Numbered from the stretch's first letter, positions 20,146-28,738 are shown. The stretch: 41,757 bases of DNA from Bacillota bacterium (GCA_050257115.1 JBLMWG010000004.1:1-41757), one strand, 5' to 3'. Notes: a model not told the origin generated them from the sequence alone. Numbers and translations are program-made.

Positions 20146-21876
20146 ATGTATAAACTGCGTCCCTATCAACAAGAGGCCGTCACGGCGACGCTTCAACATT
20201 TTCGTAAAGAAAAAACTCCTGCGGTTATTGTTTTACCCACGGGAGCAGGGAAGAGCTTAGTCATTGCGGAGTTAGCTCGTCTCGCGCGAGGTCGAGTGCT
20301 GGTTTTGGCTCATGTCAAAGAGTTGGTCGAACAAAATCACGCAAAGTACGTCAGTTTTGGTTTGGAAGCAGGGATTTTCTCTGCGGGTCTCAATCGCAAG
20401 GAGTTCAGTCAAAAAGTTATTTTCGGTAGCATTCAATCTATCGCCCGTGCTGAGGACGATTTCTTTAATAACTTTTCGCTACTTGTGATTGATGAGTGCC
20501 ATAGGGTTTCCGTTGCAGGTGAAACGCAATATCATCAAGTTATCACTAAGCTGCAAAAGTTAAATCCGGATCTTTGCGTATTGGGTTTGACGGCGACGCC
20601 GTATCGTCTGGGGTTGGGTTGGATTTATCAGTATCATGTTCAACAGAAACTTCAGCAAACAAATGAAGAGCGCTTTTTTAAGAAATGCATTTATGAGCTC
20701 TCGATCGGGTACATGATCAGGAATAAATATCTGACTCCACCAGTGAAGATTGACTCTCCAGTAGCTTGTTATGACTTTTCGGCCTTAAAGCTTCACGGTA
20801 CTAGTTATGTGACCTCGCAGATTGAAGCTTTATTGAAAGATCAAAAGCGGATCACACCTTTGATTATTAAAAACATTGTGGATATGTCTGTGGATCGTCA
20901 CGGGGTGATGATTTTCACGAGCTCCGTTAACCATGCCATCGAGATTATGAAGTGTTTGCCTCCGTTTGTTTCGGCTCTGGTTGTGGGAGACACGGAAAAT
21001 GAAGAGCGTGATGAAATCATTGAAGCCTTCAAGCAACGCAAGCTCAAATTTTTAGTCAATGTGTCTGTTTTGACCACGGGCTTTGATGCGCCTCATGTGG
21101 ATGTGATTGCACTATTGCGGCCGACAGAGTCTGTCAGTCTTTATCAACAAATTATTGGTCGTGGGCTGCGTTTAAGTCCTGATAAGACGGATTGTCTGGT
21201 TTTAGATTACACAGGTCAGGGACATGATTTGTTTTCTCCAGAAATTGAAGACGATAAACCTTCTAAACATTCGGTGATGGTGGAAGTGCCTTGTCCTGAG
21301 TGTGGTGTTTTGAATAACTTCTGGGGTATCGTTGATAAAGAGGGGGAGATTCTTGAACACTTCGGCCGTCAGTGCAAGGGTGGTTTTGAAGATCCTGTCT
21401 CGGGAGCTATTGAATCTTGTAGTTTTCGTTTTCGCTTTAAGCGATGCCATCAATGTGGTGAAGAAAATGATATTGCCGCCCGATCTTGCAATAAGTGCCA
21501 AACGTTGTTGGTAGATAATGATAAGCGCCTCAAAGAAGCCATGGCTTTGAAAGACGCGCACGTCCTGCGAGTTGAGACCATGACCTTCACGAAAGGTATT
21601 GATAAAAAGGGCAACGAGCGGCTTGAAGTTAAGTATTATGACTATGATGCAAAAGCGCTGACGGAGTACTTCTATTTACGATCTAGTGAGGATGCGCGAG
21701 CTTTCTATTTTAATTTCACTCGCATGCACAATCGTCGACCTGAACAAAAGTTATTTATAAACTCCGTTCAAGACGTCATTAATCAACAGCAGAAGTTCCG
21801 GCAGCCGTTGTTTGTCATAGCTCGTAAACAGAAGCATTTCTGGGCGATTCGAGAAAAGATTTTCCCCGATGCTTGA
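20146..21876 (+). CDS. radD: RadD/YejH-like SF2 DNA repair helicase with Zn-finger
   Basis: LRPYQ, LPTGAGKS, LAHVKELVEQNH, DECH, GLTATPYRLG, LTTGFDAP, QIIGRGLR, CPECG...C and CHQC..CNKC; C-terminal FVIARKQKHFWAIREKIF. Confidence 0.88.
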   Translation: MYKLRPYQQEAVTATLQHFRKEKTPAVIVLPTGAGKSLVIAELARLARGRVLVLAHVKELVEQNHAKYVSFGLEAGIFSAGLNRKEFSQKVIFGSIQSIARAEDDFFNNFSLLVIDECHRVSVAGETQYHQVITKLQKLNPDLCVLGLTATPYRLGLGWIYQYHVQQKLQQTNEERFFKKCIYELSIGYMIRNKYLTPPVKIDSPVACYDFSALKLHGTSYVTSQIEALLKDQKRITPLIIKNIVDMSVDRHGVMIFTSSVNHAIEIMKCLPPFVSALVVGDTENEERDEIIEAFKQRKLKFLVNVSVLTTGFDAPHVDVIALLRPTESVSLYQQIIGRGLRLSPDKTDCLVLDYTGQGHDLFSPEIEDDKPSKHSVMVEVPCPECGVLNNFWGIVDKEGEILEHFGRQCKGGFEDPVSGAIESCSFRFRFKRCHQCGEENDIAARSCNKCQTLLVDNDKRLKEAMALKDAHVLRVETMTFTKGIDKKGNERLEVKYYDYDAKALTEYFYLRSSEDARAFYFNFTRMHNRRPEQKLFINSVQDVINQQQKFRQPLFVIARKQKHFWAIREKIFPDA

Positions 21877-21903
21877 ACCGCAATGATAGATATCCCATAT
21901 CTT

Positions 21904-22407
21904 TTAGTGCCTTAGATTCAGTTCTCCATGCTCACCCATTTTGATGTGGCCACCAGTGGCCGTATTCATAAATTCCAGCACTGACATCACGGGCATGGAG
22001 TGTCCCTCCCAAAATTCCGCCTTTTCCACATTGATTCTCAAAAGTTGAATAGTGGGATCTTGAAGCCCCTTTGGAAACCAAGCTTGATAAGACTTATGCC
22101 AAAGCTCTTGTACTTTTTCTGGATCTTCGACGAGGTCTGCCGTACCAGTGACAGAGACGTATTTAGTTCCTGAGGCGTATGAGATACAAACATGATGATT
22201 GCTGTGAAGGTCCTCTGCCTTTTGTGAATTTTTGGAAATTAAGAACCAAAGATCACCATCGAACTCTAGTTCTTGAGTAAGGAGCGGAGAACTGTGCAAG
22301 GTAAGATCTTTGCTGATCGTTGTAAGCATCGCAATTTTGAACCCTTTGATAAGATCATTGAGTTTTTTAAGATTCAGATTGAAGTCGAAAGAAGATTGGT
22401 TTTCCAT
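21904..22407 (-). CDS. Pyridoxamine 5'-phosphate oxidase-like / general stress protein 26 family
   Basis: AMLTT, FDGDLWF, YVSVTGTA, LW...AWFPKG..DP....L.INVEKAEFW; AAGGAG SD. Confidence 0.85.
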   Translation of the reverse strand: MENQSSFDFNLNLKKLNDLIKGFKIAMLTTISKDLTLHSSPLLTQELEFDGDLWFLISKNSQKAEDLHSNHHVCISYASGTKYVSVTGTADLVEDPEKVQELWHKSYQAWFPKGLQDPTIQLLRINVEKAEFWEGHSMPVMSVLEFMNTATGGHIKMGEHGELNLRH

Positions 22408-22474
22408 AGATGACTCCTTTGCTTTAGGCTATCGTGTAGGGCAAGCGTAACCAAATTGTTCTTCAACATGGAAT

Positions 22475-22504
22475 TTGACAGTTTGTTTCGTGAAGATTTA
22501 CGAT
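22475..22504 (+). promoter_or_regulatory. Putative sigma70 promoter
   Basis: TTGACA-N18-TACGAT upstream of a GAGGTG SD and ATG 22523. Confidence 0.5.
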
Positions 22505-22522
22505 CTTTTTAAGAGGTGAAGT

Positions 22523-22900
22523 ATGTCTGTTTCAAGTGTTGTGATTTCAGCCGTCATGGTTTTATGTTGTTCACTGCAAAGCTTTGCACAAGAACAAGGT
22601 CCTACTTTCGAAAACACGATTGTGCCTCGACAAGGACGACTTTTCTCTATCGACTATAATCCCAAGGGGCGACTTTTGAAGATCTCTATAGTCGGGAAGC
22701 CAATTAAAACATTCAGTGCTGAAAAATACTCGGTCACAGCAGAGTCAGCGGATAAATCAGGGCTCACAAAAAACGTGATGCTTTTGACATCCCCGGAAGG
22801 TTACAGATTTAAAGATCTTCCAGCTGAAAAGGCACCGATTAAAATCAAAGTTGAAGACAAAGCAACCAAAGAATCAGAAGTATTCTTATTGAAGCCTTAA
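22523..22900 (+). CDS. Hypothetical secreted protein
   Basis: Signal peptide ending SFA-QE; GAGGTG SD; no family recognised. Confidence 0.7.
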   Translation: MSVSSVVISAVMVLCCSLQSFAQEQGPTFENTIVPRQGRLFSIDYNPKGRLLKISIVGKPIKTFSAEKYSVTAESADKSGLTKNVMLLTSPEGYRFKDLPAEKAPIKIKVEDKATKESEVFLLKP

Positions 22901-22901
22901 A

Positions 22902-23167
22902 CTGGTCCCTCAGAGTGTGGCTTCTGTGTTTATCCAGCTGAGACAGTTATGCTGTCCTCCTCCATCCTTGGAAAGCTGAAAACCGAGCTTCCTGCTCTGT
23001 TTTATAGGTTGATTGGATTCTCGGCGATAGGAATGCCATCTGTTTTTTCAATTCCGCGCACGATGCGCGGAATTCAGCGTTCACAGGACGGACGTACTTT
23101 GTTCCTTACCTCTCACTGCCTTTTAGGAGCGAATTTGAATTTGCCCAGCCACCCTCTGAGGGGCCAG
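22902..23167. mobile_element. MITE-like / structured non-coding element with 21-bp terminal inverted repeats
   Basis: CTGGTCCCTCAGAGTGTGGCT (22902-22922) matches the reverse complement of AGCCACCCTCTGAGGGGCCAG (23147-23167) at 19/21 positions. Internal hairpins include a perfect 11-bp stem at 23050-23074. Confidence 0.55.
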
Positions 23168-23190
23168 CTTCTAATCTTTAATAGGGGCGG

Positions 23191-24078
23191 TCACGAGACC
23201 GCTCGAGCTGTTTCGCGTTTCAATTCGGCTTTCACCAAGAGGAATATTTTTTCCTCAAGACTATCCATAAGAGCATTGAGTTTCTTTTGGTGAAGGCCAA
23301 GTCTTTTCCTTAGAGGATCACTGAGGACTGCTGCTGCCAAACTGAAAACTGTTAGTAATAATCCGATTGACGCCGTCGCTATATAGATTTGTGTCTTGGT
23401 CGGCGCGACAGTGAAGGCTTTGTAAAAAACAGAGCCGGCATGTTTGCCGAGAAAGAATCTCTCACTGGCCTTTTCATTGGCGAATTTTCTCGCCATTTTA
23501 CTGCCCATCCCCATAATGCTAAGGTTGCTATCGCCAAATAGCCATTTCCCCGCGAGCAGCGTGGCTGCGGACGTGATTAAGTCTGTTACCAGAATCTGAC
23601 TTGAAGTGTGATTATCGATTTCCTTTTTTATCAAAGCGGAAATTTTGTATTCTAGGTCATTCAATGCGGTCGGGGACATGGAGTTTGAAATTCTTGCGGA
23701 CTGATCGATGGCCTGTAGTAAATCCTTCGCAGCTGAGGTGCTGATAAGGTTTTTGGTAATTAGGTCTTCAGTTCTTTTTTGATAACGAGTTTTGAATCCT
23801 GATGGAATATAGTTCAATGAGCTATTGATCGAAGCCCATCCAAGTTTGTCGATAATCTCTACCGTTTTTTTGATTGTCAGGTAGGGAATTGACCACAGGG
23901 TATTCAGAGGATAAAAAACGATATCTAACGCGACGGTGGACTTTTGCAATTGCCAAGTTTCTTGCAATGAAAAGTGATTCTGTACGAAGGAATCGATGTC
24001 AGCTCTTTTGCTGGCAAAGAACTCTTCAATACAGGCATCAACGTTGCCTAGGGTGGCTCCAAACTCTTCGGAATTCAT
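23191..24078 (-). CDS. Hypothetical membrane-associated protein (tentatively DUF6635-like)
   Basis: IDSFVQNHFSL, C-terminal TM followed by LSDPLRKRLGLHQKKLNALMDSLE; GAGGA SD. The family name is from recollection only. Confidence 0.65.
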   Translation of the reverse strand: MNSEEFGATLGNVDACIEEFFASKRADIDSFVQNHFSLQETWQLQKSTVALDIVFYPLNTLWSIPYLTIKKTVEIIDKLGWASINSSLNYIPSGFKTRYQKRTEDLITKNLISTSAAKDLLQAIDQSARISNSMSPTALNDLEYKISALIKKEIDNHTSSQILVTDLITSAATLLAGKWLFGDSNLSIMGMGSKMARKFANEKASERFFLGKHAGSVFYKAFTVAPTKTQIYIATASIGLLLTVFSLAAAVLSDPLRKRLGLHQKKLNALMDSLEEKIFLLVKAELKRETARAVS

Positions 24079-24146
24079 GAGTGCTGTCCTCTGGCAGATA
24101 TATCGGGATAAATCTGATGAGGTAGTATCTGACTTTGGTCCAGAAC

Positions 24147-24713
24147 TTAATTTGGCACAGAGTAGCTCAAGAACACATTTCCATTTTTAAAATGTTTGGA
24201 CTTATTAAGTTTAAGCGGAAGCTTGTTTTTAAGGCCTTCAAATTGCGTCCGTCCGCTCCCTAAAATGAGCGGAATAATAACCATTTGATATTCATCAATG
24301 AGTCCCGCATTGGTTAGTTGGCTGACAAGACTGCCGCTCCCCAGAATAGCAATGTCAGGACCCGGCGACGATTTGATTTTTTGTACTTCTTCCAGAAGGT
24401 CGCCTTTGATTAGATACGAGTTTTCCCAGGAAACTTTATTGAGTGATTTTGAGAAAACATATTTGGTCATGCGGTTCATACCCACAGCGACTTCGGGCAT
24501 TGTCTGTTGAGCCTGAGGCGTGGGCCAAAAGCTCGCCATTAGGTCATAGGTTTTTCTTCCAAATAGTAGAACGCCCCCACCACCGGCGTTGGCCACAACG
24601 AACTCATCGAACTCTTCGTCAGGTTGAGGATTATGGGCCCAGCTCATATCAGAATTTTTATCGGTGAAGTATCCGTCGATAGAGATTGAGTTGAACACGG
24701 AGAGCTTGCGCAT
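24147..24713 (-). CDS. Dihydrofolate reductase-like (RibD C-terminal domain) protein
   Basis: SISIDGYF, LLFGRKTY, KYVFSKSL, ILGSGSLVSQL..AGLIDEY...PLILGSG. Confidence 0.9.
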   Translation of the reverse strand: MRKLSVFNSISIDGYFTDKNSDMSWAHNPQPDEEFDEFVVANAGGGGVLLFGRKTYDLMASFWPTPQAQQTMPEVAVGMNRMTKYVFSKSLNKVSWENSYLIKGDLLEEVQKIKSSPGPDIAILGSGSLVSQLTNAGLIDEYQMVIIPLILGSGRTQFEGLKNKLPLKLNKSKHFKNGNVFLSYSVPN

Positions 24714-24734
24714 CGGGGCCTCACGGGTTGAGAG

Positions 24735-24859
24735 TTAGAATTGAGCGGTCATAGGGTTGGTCCAATACGGCCCTCAACGCTATCCATGGTAGCGATTTGC
24801 TTTATGTCTTCAGTATCCAAGGTGAAATCAGAAACTGCAAAGTTTTCTTTGATACGTTC
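24735..24859 (-). pseudogene. C-terminal remnant of an aldo/keto reductase
   Basis: Minus strand reads ERIKENFAVSDFTLDTEDIKQIATMDSVEGRIGP. Restoring one missing A gives ...GPNPMTAQF*. No start codon, and an in-frame stop lies just upstream. Confidence 0.7.
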
Positions 24860-24944
24860 TGCAATCGCACTCAGGGCTTCTTAATTGTGTTGGTTTAAAA
24901 TCATGAATAGTGGAATACTTGTTTAAAAAGGAGAATCTGCATCT

Positions 24945-25337
24945 ATGAAGTCTAAGTTGCCTCTTATTGCGCGTATACTTTTAGGTCTTGTGTTCTTTGC
25001 CTCTGGCTTGGCGGGATTGTTAAAGCTCGTACCGACGCCGCCGGATTTGCCACAGCGTTTGATCGCCTTTAATGAGGGATTGGCAGCCAGCATCTATTTT
25101 TTGCCATTTCTTAAAATGGTTGAAACGATTTGTGGAGGCTTATTGTTGATTGGTTGGTTTGTACCATTGGCATTGGTGATTTTAGCACCCGTGGTTTTGA
25201 ATATCTTCCTGACTCATCTGTTTTTGGCGCCGCAAGGATTACCGTTGGCCATCGTCATGGGACTTTTGATGATTTACCTGTCTTTCTTCGCGCCTCCCTA
25301 TGCGCCATTAGTTAAGCAGCTCTTTAGGCGCAAATAA
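24945..25337 (+). CDS. DoxX family membrane protein
   Basis: ARILLGLVFFASG, ETICGGLLLIGWFVPLALVILAPVVLNIFLTH; AAGGAG SD. Confidence 0.85.
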   Translation: MKSKLPLIARILLGLVFFASGLAGLLKLVPTPPDLPQRLIAFNEGLAASIYFLPFLKMVETICGGLLLIGWFVPLALVILAPVVLNIFLTHLFLAPQGLPLAIVMGLLMIYLSFFAPPYAPLVKQLFRRK

Positions 25338-25352
25338 GGGCCTTACTTTGGT

Positions 25353-25388
25353 TTTTTCAGGGTTTAAATTTAAATAAACCCTGAAAAA
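25353..25388. repeat. Perfect inverted repeat, 14-bp arms with 8-bp spacer
   Basis: TTTTTCAGGGTTTA-AATTTAAA-TAAACCCTGAAAAA. Confidence 0.85.
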
Positions 25389-25446
25389 TACTGAACTTTT
25401 TACTTTCTGGTTCATCCCTTAGTGCCCTCGTGGTACACCCTCGGTC

Positions 25447-26688
25447 ATGAAATTTGATAAGTTCCATCTCTCTGAAGACCTCCTCCGCAATTTGAACGAC
25501 AACGGCTTTTTCCGCACAACTGATATTCAGTTTAAGGCCATTCCATCTATCCTCAAAGGTGAGGACGTCCTTGCCATCGCGCAAACGGGGACAGGAAAAA
25601 CCGCGGCTTTTGCAATTCCGATCATCAACATGATTCACAGTGAAAAAAGCAGCAAGCGTGCAATCGGCATTAAATGCTTGGTGATGGTGCCAACTCGCGA
25701 ACTCGCAAAACAAATTGGTGAGGTTTTCAATAAGTTGTCCAAGCACACAAAAGTAAAACCGTTCGCTTTGTTCGGTGGCGTGGAGCAAGACGCGCAAATT
25801 AAGAAGCTTGAAGACGGCTTGGATATTTTGATTGCAACTCCAGGTCGTATGTTTGATTTGATCAGTCAGGGATTTATCGATATCAGTCGCATTGAAACGC
25901 TGGTTTTGGATGAAGCTGATCAGATGTTGGATCTGGGCTTTATCGACGACATTGAATCTATTAAGCGTAAATTGACTCGTCGTCATCAGACGCTGTTTTT
26001 CTCTGCGACGATCAATCCTGAAATCAAAAAACTTGCGTACTCTCAAGTTCGCAGCAGTGCGATTCGTATCGAGATCTCTCCAGAAGATCCAGTTTCTAAA
26101 AATGTGCAGCACTTTGTGATGCATATTGAAATGGACGACAAGCGTTTCTTTCTTGCGGAATACATCAAGCAAAATGAAAACGGGAAGTTCATCGTGTTTG
26201 TACGTACTCGTGTGCGTGCAGAGCGTGTTGCTAAAGCTATGGAGCGTGCAAATATCGCGACTTTGACTTTGCACGGGGAGAAAGATCAAACCGACCGTGA
26301 CCAAGTGATGAGTGATTTCCGTGAAGGTAAATGCAACATCTTGATTGCGACTGACTTGAGTGCTCGCGGTATTGATATCGCCAATGTCACACACGTGATT
26401 AACTATGACTTACCTGAAAAACCAGAGAACTATGTTCACCGTATTGGTCGTACCGGCCGTGGTTTCAACAAAGGTATTGCGGTGTCTTTCTGTGCGACGG
26501 AAGAAAAAGAACTGTTGGCGGATATCGAAGCTTTGCTAGGTAAAAAAATCGAAGTGATTAAAGTCAGTAAGACAGACTATGAATTCATCGCGACTCAGCC
26601 GGAAGAGGGCTTGGGACTTGATGACCTTTTGTCTATGGACGATCAATTGAGCGCCAAAGCTCAGCGCCAAAAGAAGTGGAAAAAGTAG
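25447..26688 (+). CDS. DEAD-box ATP-dependent RNA helicase (RhlE-like)
   Basis: AQTGTGKT, PTRELA, ATPGR, DEAD, SAT, ARGID, HRIGRTGR. Confidence 0.94.
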   Translation: MKFDKFHLSEDLLRNLNDNGFFRTTDIQFKAIPSILKGEDVLAIAQTGTGKTAAFAIPIINMIHSEKSSKRAIGIKCLVMVPTRELAKQIGEVFNKLSKHTKVKPFALFGGVEQDAQIKKLEDGLDILIATPGRMFDLISQGFIDISRIETLVLDEADQMLDLGFIDDIESIKRKLTRRHQTLFFSATINPEIKKLAYSQVRSSAIRIEISPEDPVSKNVQHFVMHIEMDDKRFFLAEYIKQNENGKFIVFVRTRVRAERVAKAMERANIATLTLHGEKDQTDRDQVMSDFREGKCNILIATDLSARGIDIANVTHVINYDLPEKPENYVHRIGRTGRGFNKGIAVSFCATEEKELLADIEALLGKKIEVIKVSKTDYEFIATQPEEGLGLDDLLSMDDQLSAKAQRQKKWKK

Positions 26689-26762
26689 GCTTTTCTCAGA
26701 GTCGGCCTTGATTTGCTGTGTTGCGCAATGCTATCTTGGCTTCTCTTTACGTTCCTGTTTGC

Positions 26763-26853
26763 GGAGAGGTGGCCGAGTGGTTGAAGGCGCACGCCTGGAA
26801 CGCGTGTGTAGGTCACAAGCCTACCGAGAGTTCGAATCTCTCTCTCTCCGCCA
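26763..26853 (+). tRNA. tRNA-Ser (anticodon GGA)
   Basis: Acceptor stem GGAGAGG/TCTCTCC, discriminator G plus encoded CCA; anticodon arm CACGC-CTGGAAC-GCGTG; long variable arm (GTAGG-TCACAAG-CCTAC); T-loop GTTCGAATC. Confidence 0.97.
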
Positions 26854-26858
26854 ATTTC
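26843..26858 (+). repeat. Direct repeat A, copy 1 (tRNA 3' end; att-like)
   Basis: TCTCTCCGCCAATTTC, identical to 28671-28686. Confidence 0.85.
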
Positions 26859-26866
26859 GAATCTCT

Positions 26867-26884
26867 TTGGTTCTACGGTTCTAC
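26867..26884 (+). repeat. Left-end motif C, copy 1 (TT + GGTTCTAC x2)
   Basis: TTGGTTCTACGGTTCTAC, identical to 28721-28738. Confidence 0.85.
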
Positions 26885-26999
26885 TCGGTCGATGGTGGAA
26901 CTCACTCAAAATCCCAAACATCTTAAATATTTAGCAAACGAAGTCTGTAGTTATTAAAACTGCGAACTCCAAAAGCGTTGTATTATTGCTTTAGACTTA

Positions 27000-28241
27000 C
27001 TACTGGGAATAGTCATCAATACCTTTTGGACATTGAATTTTGATAAGCTTGGATTTCTCTAGTTTATATTCAAAACAATGAACCCCAGGGATCGACATTG
27101 CACAGTTATCTTCAAATTTTTTAACCCTAATATGCTCAGCCGTAGGTTTTTCAAGAAGAGCATAGGCGACAGGGCTTTTTTCAGATCCAATTTTGACATC
27201 GGCACCTGCTTTCCCATCAAACATCAAAACTCTAAAATCACAGTCGCCATGGACTTCCCCCACGGCGTGCCAATCGTCGATCCAGGTTCTGTTCCAAAGT
27301 TCCGTCTTTGAGGTTCTCCAGGGAGTGCCTGGTTCGAGAGAAATGATCTTACCCGCGAAAAAGGCCATTTTTTCTCTCGGAGACCATTGAATGCCCTTAA
27401 AGACATTATCAATATGAGGAGTTCCCTCGGTGGGATGATCCCATGACATATCATAAGAATGTCCTGATTTAATGAAGGTCAAATTATATCGAACTTGGGA
27501 ACTAACTGACGGACCATTTGCCTTCTTTGACGCGCCAGCCTTTACAATTTGTGCCTGTATTTTAACGTCCACCAGGCCCAGCGGGGATTTAAATACTTTC
27601 TCCTTGGGCAAGGAATCTACGTTTTCACAATTTAGATTATTCAGCAATGTTAGAAGACTCTGAGGTGGTTTTCCATCAACGCGAAGTTTTTCGCGCTCTG
27701 GTTTTGACGGTCGAGGGTAATAGTCGAATGTAACGTCCAATTGATGACCATTACAGTAACTTTTTGCACTCCAAAGTACGACACCAGAATCTGTTTCTAT
27801 GTACTTGGCGGATTCCCGAGATGTCATCAAAAAGAGCGTGTAATTCAGGTTGTTTCTCTTAATTTCCTGAACATGGTACACATCCTTTTGAGCATTTCTC
27901 TTTCGCTCTTCGAAGTAGGAATTAGGTTCCTCGGGCTCTCCGGGCCAAAATCCAATTTCAATTTGACCACCTGGAGGCTCCGTAGTCGAAAATACAATTG
28001 TGGGACAAGCGGAGCTACCCTCTTCGCCAACACAACCAATGTCCTTAGTCCAATTTTCCGGATAGTTAAATGTATATCCTAACTCACTGTCATATTTAAG
28101 AACTCGTTTCTGGGACACGCTTCCTGGCTCAGGTGAATTATTATGTTGGCCGGTCTCTCCAATAGCAGATTCATAATGACCGACATTGGCGATGACTGAA
28201 AACAGCAAAGTGGTAAAAGTAATTTTCACTAAACTATTCAT
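27000..28241 (-). CDS. Hypothetical secreted protein (possible PsbP-like N-terminal domain, Cys-containing beta-rich C-terminal domain)
   Basis: 413-aa ORF; hydrophobic N-terminus; YDSELGYTFNYPENW motif; several paired Cys. Confidence 0.65.
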   Translation of the reverse strand: MNSLVKITFTTLLFSVIANVGHYESAIGETGQHNNSPEPGSVSQKRVLKYDSELGYTFNYPENWTKDIGCVGEEGSSACPTIVFSTTEPPGGQIEIGFWPGEPEEPNSYFEERKRNAQKDVYHVQEIKRNNLNYTLFLMTSRESAKYIETDSGVVLWSAKSYCNGHQLDVTFDYYPRPSKPEREKLRVDGKPPQSLLTLLNNLNCENVDSLPKEKVFKSPLGLVDVKIQAQIVKAGASKKANGPSVSSQVRYNLTFIKSGHSYDMSWDHPTEGTPHIDNVFKGIQWSPREKMAFFAGKIISLEPGTPWRTSKTELWNRTWIDDWHAVGEVHGDCDFRVLMFDGKAGADVKIGSEKSPVAYALLEKPTAEHIRVKKFEDNCAMSIPGVHCFEYKLEKSKLIKIQCPKGIDDYSQ

Positions 28242-28440
28242 AGTGTATAGTGTACGAGGTTGATAGACTTATTCAAGAATTATAAGAATCGCACTCAGGA
28301 TAGTCCCATTGCTTATTCACTCTGCGTCGGCAGGTCACCGCTAGTGATTCTTCAAAAGGACGACAAAATATAAGGCTGACCCGCAACGATCTTTAACACT
28401 ACCTATTAAGGACTTTATGTTGGCACCCGAGAATAACTTT

Positions 28441-28635
28441 TTAGAACTTAAGCCCCAAGCAAATGCCAAAGGGGCTAGCACATGTGTTATTCCATTCCGC
28501 TCTCTTGTCCAGTCTCAATGGATTTTTTTTGGCATCACCCAATAAATCCATAAAAATGAACTCCAGATAATTTTCTTTAAAAATAATTGCGCGATTGGCA
28601 GTACCTTGTCCAAGGTGGCGGTCAGTCACTAACCC
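28441..28635 (-). pseudogene. Fragment of a glyoxalase-like (VOC) protein
   Basis: RHLGQGTANRAIIFKENYLEFIF...LRLDKRAEW...ASPFGICL matches the Glyoxalase_3-type N-terminal half. Truncated at both ends; the upstream frame runs into repeat A. Confidence 0.65.
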
Positions 28636-28670
28636 TCCACAAAACGCAGTCAGTTCTAAATTTGTCGACT

Positions 28671-28686
28671 TCTCTCCGCCAATTTC
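28671..28686 (+). repeat. Direct repeat A, copy 2
   Basis: TCTCTCCGCCAATTTC = tRNA-Ser 3' end plus 5 nt. Confidence 0.85.
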
Positions 28687-28693
28687 ATTTCTA

Positions 28694-28713
28694 ACTGACA
28701 CCGCAAGTTCCCC
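28694..28713 (+). repeat. Direct repeat B, copy 1
   Basis: ACTGACACCGCAAGTTCCCC, 19/20 identical to 35003-35022. Confidence 0.85.
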
Positions 28714-28720
28714 TGAGAAA

Positions 28721-28738
28721 TTGGTTCTACGGTTCTAC
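28721..28738 (+). repeat. Left-end motif C, copy 2
   Basis: TTGGTTCTACGGTTCTAC. Confidence 0.85.

Larger units (their letters stand above)
26843..28686. mobile_element. Islet 1: integrase-less insertion at the tRNA-Ser 3' end
   Basis: Bounded by the 16-bp repeat A; carries one hypothetical gene and a glyoxalase-like remnant. Confidence 0.65.

Noticed and set aside
22902-23167. Retron msr-msd or CRISPR interpretation of the inverted-repeat element
   Set aside because: No reverse transcriptase or cas gene in the window and no regularly spaced repeats.
22949-23293. 114-aa plus-strand ORF
   Set aside because: It crosses the inverted-repeat element and overlaps a convergent gene; no SD and no protein-like motifs.
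25357-26394. 345-aa minus-strand ORF
   Set aside because: Antisense shadow of the DEAD-box helicase gene; no recognisable motifs.
26837-26848. (TC)n run as a microsatellite or phase-variation tract
   Set aside because: It is the T-stem and acceptor stem of tRNA-Ser.
26661-26957. Three short ORFs spanning the tRNA
   Set aside because: They are translations of tRNA-Ser (e.g. GGEREIRT, VAEWLKAHAW).
24863-28299. 13-bp direct repeat AATCGCACTCAGG at 24863-24875 and 28287-28299
   Set aside because: Both copies are intergenic and one is at the AKR truncation point. However, roughly a dozen chance 13-mer matches are expected in 42 kb (n squared/2 divided by 4^13), so it is not supportable alone.
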